A DNA stretch of 32,000 bases from Candidatus Methanoperedens sp. (GTDB taxonomy: Archaea > Halobacteriota > Methanosarcinia > Methanosarcinales > Methanoperedenaceae): the NCBI GenBank assembly GCA_027460535.1, contig JAPZAR010000004.1, forward strand, positions 58,927 to 90,926. Direction: 5' to 3'. Position numbers and translations under genes: made by a program. Below are positions 8,554 to 16,133 of the stretch, piece after piece (the stretch's first letter is position 1; every line of letters begins with the position of its first letter). The notes below the pieces were generated by a model. It was not told where the DNA came from, ran no database searches, and was given only the letters and a program-made list of their open reading frames with translations.

Positions 8554-8775
8554 TTAATCCAGATACCCCAGCGCTCTCAGTCTCTCCTTCACCTTTGCTT
8601 CGTCTTCCTCTGAGAACACTTCTTCAGGTTCCTCTTCGCCGGTTTCCTTGACGACTTCCTCTAATACAAAATTAACATATTCATCAACTGTTTTAAACTC
8701 CGTTCCCTTAATACGCTCCTCGATCTTTCTTATGATCTCTTTCGGAACATTTATTTCTCCGTATTCCTTGCTCAT
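8554..8775 (-). CDS. small ribbon-helix-helix (CopG-like) protein with acidic linker and C-terminal RLRALGYLD tail
   Basis: AGAGGT RBS. The N-terminal beta-strand plus two helices pattern (EINVPKEIIRKIEERI...VDEYVNFVLEEVV) is typical of RHH. It is the last gene of the operon. Confidence 0.7.
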   Translation of the reverse strand: MSKEYGEINVPKEIIRKIEERIKGTEFKTVDEYVNFVLEEVVKETGEEEPEEVFSEEDEAKVKERLRALGYLD

Positions 8776-8792
8776 TTTTTAACCTCTGAAAT

Positions 8793-9491
8793 TCATTTGA
8801 TAATACCCGCAAAATCCGTTATCCTCGGATTCCCAAGGTCCTCAAAATCATTGCTCCAGAACCCGTAGTTCGAATGGTCCCCGAATATACCAATCTTTTC
8901 CATCCCATGGTCAGAAAGCACAATAAAACAATCCTCGATAGATCCCGCTATCTCATCCAGGTCATTATATATCATCTTCATCATTGTTCTGTTGCCGAAG
9001 TTCAGATGTCCTATGACATCTGCCACACTGAAATATCCCAGTACAAAATCGTGCTTTGCATTCAGAGCATCGCTGAATTCTTTTTTCACTCTCCTGTGGT
9101 GCTCGAAAGCAAGGTTATTATACGCAATCCTGATTTTGTTTTTTTCTTCATCGCTCTTTGCATCAAAATAATTCTTAAGGAGCACTCGTTCCTGCTCATG
9201 CTGCTCTTTGACGTAGTTGAATCCCGGCAGGTCAATTATTTTTGGATTCCTGAACCGGTTGAAGAACGTATCTCGCAGTTCTATCCTGGTGTTCCACATC
9301 TCCTTATCTCCCATAGCCAGTATCTCTTTCTCCATGTTTTTCCCTGTCATGAAAGAGCTCCAGAGCACCATCGTTCTTGGTAGAGAGAATTCCTTGATAT
9401 TGGTCTTCCCATAGAATTTCTGCTTTAGATTACTGCAGTTGAACTCCTCTACAAGCGCATATTCCAGCGCATCGATGGCAAAGACGATCAT
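8793..9491 (-). CDS. compact alkaline-phosphatase-superfamily protein (type I phosphodiesterase/nucleotide pyrophosphatase-like)
   Basis: Motifs FAIDALEY (metal-binding Asp), [14 protein letters not shown] (nucleophile region), ADVIGHLNF and LSDHGM. Its start overlaps the cysN stop as ATGA (9488-9491). Confidence 0.6.
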   Translation of the reverse strand: MIVFAIDALEYALVEEFNCSNLKQKFYGKTNIKEFSLPRTMVLWSSFMTGKNMEKEILAMGDKEMWNTRIELRDTFFNRFRNPKIIDLPGFNYVKEQHEQERVLLKNYFDAKSDEEKNKIRIAYNNLAFEHHRRVKKEFSDALNAKHDFVLGYFSVADVIGHLNFGNRTMMKMIYNDLDEIAGSIEDCFIVLSDHGMEKIGIFGDHSNYGFWSNDFEDLGNPRITDFAGIIK

Positions 9492-10717
9492 ACTAGCTCC
9501 GTGATGATCCCGCCAGCGCAGGTATCCTCTCTTCCTAGCACGAACCTTCCAAGCACTTCCATCTTATTAAAGTTCTCCACCACAACAGGCTTATCAGTCC
9601 GGATTACGATATTTGCCACTTCCCTGTTCTTTATTTCATTCGCATCCTCTGCTATCAGCTCAAGCGTTGAAGAGTTGATGACACTGTTGATCTTTTCTAT
9701 CTCGCAGTTCACCTCCTGGGTTGCACATCTGAACCGCAGGCATTCCCCTTTCTTAAAAGGGATCCTGTCCATCCAGAAGACATTTGCTTTTATCCTGCTG
9801 GTTACCCCCGGCAGGTCAGCGTTGCTGACGATAATATTGCCCCTATCGATGAAGAGTTTATCCTCGGTGGTAATTCCGATGCTCTTTCCAGCTTCTGCCT
9901 CTGTGACATTTTTCAGATATTCTTCCACGCTCTTTACCCGCGTCTCCTCCCCTGAAGGCAGGACTTTGATCCTGTCCCCCTTTCTTATTATGCCGCTTTC
10001 AACCCTTCCTGCGATAATGCGCTTGTCGAAACTGTACACGTCCTGGACAACGTAGCGCAAAGGTTTCTCATTCGCGCTTTCTTTTGTTTTGAAGGTATCC
10101 AGCGCTTCAAGGAGAGTAGGACCTTTATACCAGTCCATAGTTCCCGATCTGTTGGCTATGAAATCTCCATTTTTTGCCGAAATAGGTATCACATAGGATG
10201 GCTGAATCTTAACGTTGGATAAGAATTCCATAAGGTCATTCTTCACCTTCTCAAACCTTTTTTGCTCGAAATCCGCGAGGTCCATCTTGTTGATAACCGC
10301 GATGACCTGCGACAGCCCGAGCATCCCCAGGATGTAAGCATGTCTCTTTGTCTGCTCCTTTACGCCTTCTTCCGCGTCCACAATGAGCACTGCTGCTTCC
10401 GCCTGCGATGCGCCACTCATCATGTTCTTCACGAACTCCACATGACCGGGAGCGTCGATGATCACATAATCTCTTTTCTTCGTGCTGAAAAATGTCTGCG
10501 CAGTATCGATGGTGATGCCCTGATCGCGCTCCTCCTCCAGGTGATCCATCACATAACCGAACTCTATGTCCTTACCTAGACTCTCACAGAGTTGTTTTAT
10601 CTCCTCAATTCTTCCTTCAGGGAGGGAATTGGTATCGTACAACAACCTTCCTATGAGCGTGCTTTTGCCGTGGTCAACATGTCCCACGATTACGAATTTC
10701 AGTTTTTGTTCGTTCAT
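9488..10717 (-). CDS. cysN: sulfate adenylyltransferase subunit 1-like GTPase (CysN/EF-1alpha family)
   Basis: G1 [10 protein letters not shown]3 DAPGH, G4 [12 protein letters not shown]; same operon as cysD. The start at 10717 (MNEQKLKF) is preceded by GAGGAA. The ORF-track start at 10768 would overlap the TSUP gene. Confidence 0.8.
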   Translation of the reverse strand: MNEQKLKFVIVGHVDHGKSTLIGRLLYDTNSLPEGRIEEIKQLCESLGKDIEFGYVMDHLEEERDQGITIDTAQTFFSTKKRDYVIIDAPGHVEFVKNMMSGASQAEAAVLIVDAEEGVKEQTKRHAYILGMLGLSQVIAVINKMDLADFEQKRFEKVKNDLMEFLSNVKIQPSYVIPISAKNGDFIANRSGTMDWYKGPTLLEALDTFKTKESANEKPLRYVVQDVYSFDKRIIAGRVESGIIRKGDRIKVLPSGEETRVKSVEEYLKNVTEAEAGKSIGITTEDKLFIDRGNIIVSNADLPGVTSRIKANVFWMDRIPFKKGECLRFRCATQEVNCEIEKINSVINSSTLELIAEDANEIKNREVANIVIRTDKPVVVENFNKMEVLGRFVLGREDTCAGGIITELV

Positions 10718-10733
10718 TTTTAGTTCCTCTTTT

Positions 10734-11207
10734 TTAATTGAATAATCTAAACAGTGAAAATAGACCAAGCAATGTCGTTGCGGCCCCTATTGCTGAAATA
10801 AATTGCTTTACAGGCATTCTCTGGACGGTGTATACAGAAAGCGGGACTGAAATCAGGGAGCCGGTGATAAGATACGGAGCGAGCATCCAATCAACGTTCG
10901 TACCCAAAATGAAGTAGGTAATAACACCGATACAACAGGCACCTTCAGCCTGCGTGGTCATACCTGTTGAATTTTTTGTTTCCACCCCTGAGAGTATCTG
11001 CCCCGAGACTATGAGCGGACCGTATCCTCCGCCGGAAATCCCCTTGTTAAAGGTGGCAAGGACTCCAAGTCCCATGATCTTTTTCCACGAGAACTCATTC
11101 CTGGTCTTAAGTCTGGGAACTGTAGCGATGCCCATTGCAGCGACAAGGATGCTGATGTACAATTTAAGATAAAATACCGGCAACATCAATGCAATCAAAA
11201 CAGCCAT
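10734..11207 (-). CDS. half-size (about 4-TM) TSUP/TauE-SafE family membrane protein
   Basis: [14 protein letters not shown] motif and hydrophobic segments. It sits between cysD and cysN with 9-nt and 16-nt spacers. Confidence 0.6.
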   Translation of the reverse strand: MAVLIALMLPVFYLKLYISILVAAMGIATVPRLKTRNEFSWKKIMGLGVLATFNKGISGGGYGPLIVSGQILSGVETKNSTGMTTQAEGACCIGVITYFILGTNVDWMLAPYLITGSLISVPLSVYTVQRMPVKQFISAIGAATTLLGLFSLFRLFN

Positions 11208-11216
11208 TTTAGCCTT

Positions 11217-12020
11217 TTACATGTAGCCCAGCGCTCTTAATTTCTGCATCATGTACGCCCTTTCCTTGTCCTGCGCGCGCCCGCTTCTTTCAGCGACCTT
11301 TGTGGTCTTAAGCTCCTCAACGATCTTATCCACAGTGTCAGCTTCAGATTCCACAGGATTGCAACACGGTTCGCATCCGATGCTCCGAAACCTCTTTCCG
11401 TTCTTTGCGAAGTACAGAGACACTATGGGGATTTGCTCCCTCTGTATATACATCCAGATATCAAGTTCTGTCCAGTGCAACAAAGGATGCACTCTGATAT
11501 GCTGTTCTCCATGTTGCTTGTTCTTGAACTGGTCCCACAGCTCAGGGGGCTGGTCCTTATAATCCCACTCGAACTGCTTGTTCCTGGGTGAAAAGTATCT
11601 TTCTTTTGCTCGTATCCCATGCTCATCCCTGCGAATGCCCAGCAGCAGCGCCTTGTATCTGAGTTTATCTATGGTCTGCTTCAGGGCCTCGGTCTTGAGC
11701 TGCCCGCAGCATGACAGTTTATCCCTTTTATCAGGTCTCATACCGGCTTTTATCGAATCATCGTTGCTTCCAACCACAAGCTTCAAGCCCCATTTTTTTG
11801 TCCACTCGTCCCTGAATTGATATATCTCCTTGAACTTGTAGCCCGTGTCTATGTGCAGCGCAGGAAAAGGGACTCTCCCATAGAATGCTTTTCTCACAAG
11901 CCACATCAGCGTAGTTGAGTCCTTCCCTATGCTCCAGAGTACTGCAATGTCCTTGAACTGTTTATAAGCCTCCCGTATTATATAGATACTCTGACTTTCT
12001 AATTTATCCAGATGGTCCAT
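11217..12020 (-). CDS. cysD: sulfate adenylyltransferase subunit 2 (PAPS-reductase/N-type ATP-PPase fold)
   Basis: SIGKDS PP-loop, collinear by eye with bacterial CysD (HIDTGYKF, RRDEHGIRAKER, IRVHPLLHWTELDIW). AGGAGG RBS. Confidence 0.88.
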   Translation of the reverse strand: MDHLDKLESQSIYIIREAYKQFKDIAVLWSIGKDSTTLMWLVRKAFYGRVPFPALHIDTGYKFKEIYQFRDEWTKKWGLKLVVGSNDDSIKAGMRPDKRDKLSCCGQLKTEALKQTIDKLRYKALLLGIRRDEHGIRAKERYFSPRNKQFEWDYKDQPPELWDQFKNKQHGEQHIRVHPLLHWTELDIWMYIQREQIPIVSLYFAKNGKRFRSIGCEPCCNPVESEADTVDKIVEELKTTKVAERSGRAQDKERAYMMQKLRALGYM

Positions 12021-12031
12021 TTTTCATCCTC

Positions 12032-12244
12032 CTACAAATAGCCGAGCTTTTTGAGCCGATCTCTTATGACCTGAACTTCCTGTTCCGTGAGTTTGTCTTC
12101 TTCTTTCAGCCTGCCTGTTGAAGCCATTGTCCGCATGACAAAGACAATGAATTCTGTTGTGCTGGAGAAACCCGTGCCTTCAATCATCTTTTGAAGGTTT
12201 TCGTAGAGCTCCTTTGGTATTTTGATCGTTACCTTGTCTGGCAT
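12032..12244 (-). CDS. small ribbon-helix-helix (CopG-like) protein with C-terminal RLKKLGYL tail
   Basis: GGAGTG RBS and RHH pattern VTIKIPKELYENLQKMIE...TTEFIVFVMRTM. It is the first gene of the operon, 11 nt before cysD. Confidence 0.7.
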   Translation of the reverse strand: MPDKVTIKIPKELYENLQKMIEGTGFSSTTEFIVFVMRTMASTGRLKEEDKLTEQEVQVIRDRLKKLGYL

Positions 12245-12734
12245 AACACTCCATTAGCACTACAATTGGAGTGTTTATAAATTTTTCTAAAAAAGGTTAT
12301 CCACACTCCTTGAGGCTTTCATAGGCATTCAGAGGCCTTTCAATCAGGGTTTATTTGCTATTGAAAAGGATACATAAAGCAGGTACTGAAATTAGCCTTA
12401 CAATGGTTTCTTACGACATTGCAAGGGTCATTAATATTTTGGGACGGGTTAGCCTTACAGTGAACTCCGGTGTATGGCCATAGGACGCAGAGGTGTTAAG
12501 AGTCACATTCTTGGTGCGGCGCACAACGGAGTAGTATAGATCAAACATCCATCGGGGATTTCTATTCTCGCAGCAGTCGGTAGCCTTCGGGCACAGGAAC
12601 ACATGTGGGAAGTGAAAGCCAATGGTTATATAGAGGATCTGGTAAATATGGCAAATTGGCATCCTAAAAAACGAATCTTAGAAAAGTTATTAAATTTTAG
12701 ACTTAGGGTCGCTCGCGTCGCACTATTTAGTGGT

Positions 12735-13492
12735 ATGGGAATAAAAAAGGTGGGTTTAAAACGATAACAATTATAATCCCTACGTATAATGAAAAGGAAA
12801 ATTTGCCACTTTTAGTTAATACAATTTTTGATGTATTCGACAAGACCTTGTTATGCTGTGAGATTGTAATTGTAGATGACAACTCTCCCGACGGGACCGG
12901 AAGAACCGCAGACGATCTTTCAAAAAAGTATAATAATAGAATTAATGTGATCCATAGAAAAGGTAAAGAAGGTTTAGGCAGTGCTGTGGCAGAAGGACTT
13001 AAACATGCCAGAGGTGAGATAATCGGTGTGATGGATGCTGATTTAAGCCATCCTCCTGAGATGATTCCAAAAATTGTCCAACCAATTCTGGACAGCGAAT
13101 CAGAATTTGCGATAGCAAGTCGGTATTTGGAAAAAGAAAAAATCGAAAAATGGCCGCTCAACAGAAAAATGATTAGTTGGGCAGCAACCATTCTCGCAAG
13201 GCCATTAACAAACGTAAGCGACCCGATGAGCGGTTTCTTCTTTTTTAAAAAAAATATTATTGATGGGATAGAACTCTCTCCCATCGGTTATAAAATAATG
13301 CTGGAAATCATTGTCAAAGGAAAGTATAACACTATTAGAGAAGTCCCTTTCACTTTCAGGGATAGATATAAAGGGGAAAGCAAGTTAGATTGGAATGAAC
13401 ATTTTAACTATGTGCGGCATTTGCTTAAACTGTACTTGTACAGGATTAAGATACTATGGAAAAAATTCCATCCGGCTGAAACAAATTTTTAG
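12735..13492 (+). CDS. GT2 dolichyl-phosphate mannosyltransferase-like glycosyltransferase; needs a -1 frame change at 12743-12749 or a non-canonical start
   Basis: DPM1-type motifs IVDDNSPDGT, MDADLSHPP, SRY, DPMSGFF, EVPFTFRDRYKGESKL. The conserved N-terminal strand TITIIIPTYNEKEN (12761-12802) is in frame but has no ATG/GTG/TTG before it. The only ATG (12735) is in the +1 register. Confidence 0.8.
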
Positions 13493-13624
13493 CTCCGATG
13501 TTCTTGCAGTGAACCCATTGTGTTATACATGACGACATCAGTAATTACTCATAATTGAAATTATTTTTAGTATATATTAACCGCAGATGAAAGAACTATG
13601 GTATAGATAAGAATATCTATTATC

Positions 13625-14314
13625 ATGAACCAATTTAATTCAATGGAAAAACCAGGAGATACCTTCAAATGTTATATGGTAAGCTGGGATGAGGCTTACA
13701 GACTGGCAAAAACTCTGGCTGGTAAAATAAAAGGCTCAGGATTTAAACCGGACCTTGTCATTGGTATTGCAAGGGGTGGACTTGTACCGGCTCGGGTGGT
13801 ATGCGATTTTCTTCTTCAAAAAGACCTGGCATCGATAAAGGTCGAGCACTGGGGGATTGCGGCCACGCTGGGGAAAGCAAAAATAAAATTCCCTCTTCCA
13901 ATAGATATCTCTGGCAAGAAAATATTGATCGTGGATGATGTGGCGGACACAGGGGACACCTATTCCGTAGTCATGGATTACATAAAGGATAAGAATCCCG
14001 GGGAGGTAAGGACAGCCGTATTGCAGTACAAGACCTGCTCGACATTCGTTCCTGATTACTGGGCAGAGAAGCACGAGGATTGGAAGTGGATAATATATCC
14101 ATGGGCCGTATTTGAGGATCTGACAGGATTTGTTGCAAAAGTGTTGAAAAAACCAGGGACTTTAGAGGACATAAGAAAAAACCTGAAGCAAAATTATGAT
14201 ATTGGGGTATCGCGGAAAGACCTGCTCGAAACGCTTCTGGACATGCAAGTATCCGGAAAGCTTGAGAAGAGAAAACTTGGCAAAAAGCTCATCTGGAATT
14301 TGAGGAATCTGTAG
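13625..14314 (+). CDS. purine phosphoribosyltransferase-family protein (COG2236-like) with C-terminal extension
   Basis: PRPP-binding loop ILIVDDVADTGDT and IGIARGGLVPARVV. A TATA-like TTTTTAGTATATATTA lies about 50 nt upstream. Confidence 0.8.
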   Translation: MNQFNSMEKPGDTFKCYMVSWDEAYRLAKTLAGKIKGSGFKPDLVIGIARGGLVPARVVCDFLLQKDLASIKVEHWGIAATLGKAKIKFPLPIDISGKKILIVDDVADTGDTYSVVMDYIKDKNPGEVRTAVLQYKTCSTFVPDYWAEKHEDWKWIIYPWAVFEDLTGFVAKVLKKPGTLEDIRKNLKQNYDIGVSRKDLLETLLDMQVSGKLEKRKLGKKLIWNLRNL

Positions 14315-14328
14315 CGGAAGGTCTGGGA

Positions 14329-14607
14329 TTGAATATCAGGGTACATGTGTTCGTTTCGGGAAAGGTTCAGGGCGTGTTCTTTCGGTCCAGCACACAGGAG
14401 AAGGCACAGGGACTGCGGCTCACAGGCTGGGTGAGGAACCTGAATGATGGAAGGGTCGAAGCCGTTTTTGAAGGGGAAAAAGAGGCAGTTGAAAAAATGG
14501 TAAAATGGGTCAGAAAGGGGCCCGCATATGCCGTTGTTGAAGATATAGAAATAGTCGCTGAAGAGTACACAGGGGATCTCAAGGGATTTTCGGTACTCAG
14601 GTATTAG
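14329..14607 (+). CDS. acyP: acylphosphatase
   Basis: VSGKVQGVFFR and GWVRNLNDGRVE motifs; 92 aa. TTG start as in the ORF track (uncertain). Confidence 0.88.
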   Translation: MNIRVHVFVSGKVQGVFFRSSTQEKAQGLRLTGWVRNLNDGRVEAVFEGEKEAVEKMVKWVRKGPAYAVVEDIEIVAEEYTGDLKGFSVLRY

Positions 14608-14638
14608 TTATATGTAGTTCTGTTCCCAATTTGAGATT

Positions 14639-15310
14639 ATGGAAAAAATCGAATCACCGTGTCCCTCATGTTCACCAGACGCTTCTGTTTCTCATATTAT
14701 GTTGAAAGATACAGATGAACCCCTATTACAATGCGAGGAATGCGGCTCGGTCCACAAGGAAAAAAAGCCCAGGAAAGTGCCGGTGAGGGTTATAGTAAGT
14801 AAAGGAGAGAAATCCTTACATTTGCAGACTTTGCTTTCAGGTATCATAAGAGTCGACGACGAGCTGATCGTCGATGATGAGGTCTCAGGCGAGGCGTACC
14901 TGGTAAAAATAAGCTCTATCGAAGTGGGGGATAAAAGAAAAGAAGGTGCTTCTGCCGGGACAATAAAAACGTTGTGGGCGCGTGCAGTTGATGAAGTTGT
15001 CGTAAAGATTGCCATAAGTCACAGACAGACCACGGAATCGATAGAGATGAGAGTTCCAGGCGAGAAAGAATTCACTATCGGAGACAAAGTCAGGGTGAAC
15101 GATCGTGAATTGAAGATCATACGGATAAAGATAAGGGATGGCGGCTTCAAAAGCAGAAAAGGCATTGCGGTAGCTGCAAAGGATATCAAGCGCATCTATG
15201 CCGATTCGGGGGTCAAAGAACCAAGAAGGATCTCAAAAGGAGGGGAACGTATCAAGATCAAAAAGCGGGAGTCGGTATGGAGTTTGAGACAAAAAAAGCC
15301 AGGCTTATAG
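14639..15310 (+). CDS. archaeal Zn-ribbon protein of unknown function
   Basis: N-terminal CPSC...CEEC four-cysteine ribbon and a basic C-terminus. It overlaps the pcm start by 34 nt. Confidence 0.6.
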   Translation: MEKIESPCPSCSPDASVSHIMLKDTDEPLLQCEECGSVHKEKKPRKVPVRVIVSKGEKSLHLQTLLSGIIRVDDELIVDDEVSGEAYLVKISSIEVGDKRKEGASAGTIKTLWARAVDEVVVKIAISHRQTTESIEMRVPGEKEFTIGDKVRVNDRELKIIRIKIRDGGFKSRKGIAVAAKDIKRIYADSGVKEPRRISKGGERIKIKKRESVWSLRQKKPGL

Positions 15311-15915
15311 AGGAACTGAGACAGCATGCCATAAGCGATCGTGTGCTGGATGCAATGAGGCGCGTCCCGCGGCACCTCTTTGTACCTGAAAATGAGCGGG
15401 GTAATGCATATGCAGATTACCCTTTGCCTATAGGCTGCGGGCAGACGATATCTGCCCCGCATATGGTTGCCATAATGTGCGACCTTCTGGATATCCAGGA
15501 TGGGATGAAGGTGCTTGAGATAGGAGCAGGTTCTGGATATCATGCGGCCGTAATGGGGATACTTGCAGGCAGCGGTCATGTTTATGCGGTCGAAGTCATA
15601 GAGTCCCTCGCTTTATTTGCCCGTGATAACCTGGAAAAAGCGGGTATAACGAACGTGACCGTACTCGTAGAAGATGGTTCCCTGGGTCTTCCGCGTTTTG
15701 CACCTTATGACAGGATCAGCGTTGCTGCCGCATCTCCCGATATACTTGAGCCTTTGACGGATCAGCTGAAGATAGGTGGGAAGCTAATAATCCCTGTGGG
15801 TAGATTTTTCCAGGAACTTTATCTGGTGACAAAAATTGACGGACTGAAAAAAGAGGCCAAAGGAGGCGTCGTTTTCGTGCCCCTTGTGGGAAAAAAAGGT
15901 TTCAAATTCAGATAG
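15277..15915 (+). CDS. pcm: protein-L-isoaspartate O-methyltransferase
   Basis: [20 protein letters not shown] and the SAM motif [14 protein letters not shown]. Confidence 0.93.
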   Translation: MEFETKKARLIEELRQHAISDRVLDAMRRVPRHLFVPENERGNAYADYPLPIGCGQTISAPHMVAIMCDLLDIQDGMKVLEIGAGSGYHAAVMGILAGSGHVYAVEVIESLALFARDNLEKAGITNVTVLVEDGSLGLPRFAPYDRISVAAASPDILEPLTDQLKIGGKLIIPVGRFFQELYLVTKIDGLKKEAKGGVVFVPLVGKKGFKFR

Positions 15916-16066
15916 GATGAAGTTCACCCGTTTGGATTTTCTGCACCAGACTGTTCCATTCGTTCTTTTTCAGACGTACAATATTTGAGCCTTCGCCGAT
16001 CAAAACATCCTCTCCGGCGACTTCGACTGCCGGACAGCAACTCTTCTCACAGATATATACTTTCAT
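15908..16066 (-). CDS. 52-aa CxxxCC-motif small protein (below ORF-track cutoff)
   Basis: My translation: [66 protein letters not shown] lies directly before the ATG. It is co-directional with and 67 nt downstream of 16134..17891, and its 3' end overlaps the pcm stop by 8 nt. Confidence 0.55.
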   Translation of the reverse strand: MKVYICEKSCCPAVEVAGEDVLIGEGSNIVRLKKNEWNSLVQKIQTGELHPI

Positions 16067-16133
16067 CGGATCACCGCTCCTTTAAAAGCTCATTTGTAGA
16101 TATTAAGGTTTCGTTCATGGAAAAGTCTCCCTT

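Noticed and set aside
9501-10055. 184-aa plus-strand ORF and other long antisense ORFs (2816-3343, 12727-13284, 26153-26833, 30290-30712, 16171-16491)
   Set aside because: Each lies antisense to or out of frame with a gene that has clear family motifs. Their products are low-complexity (Ser/Leu/Pro/Arg-rich), as expected for shadow ORFs.
10734-11207. TSUP gene as a truncated pseudogene
   Set aside because: It has its own start 9 nt after the cysD stop and a clean stop before cysN, and no upstream in-frame remnant. It is therefore kept as an intact half-size gene, although comparative data are needed.
12411-12662. 83-aa minus-strand ORF in the long intergenic region
   Set aside because: It has no RBS, an odd composition and no recognisable motif. 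I treat it as non-coding until shown otherwise.
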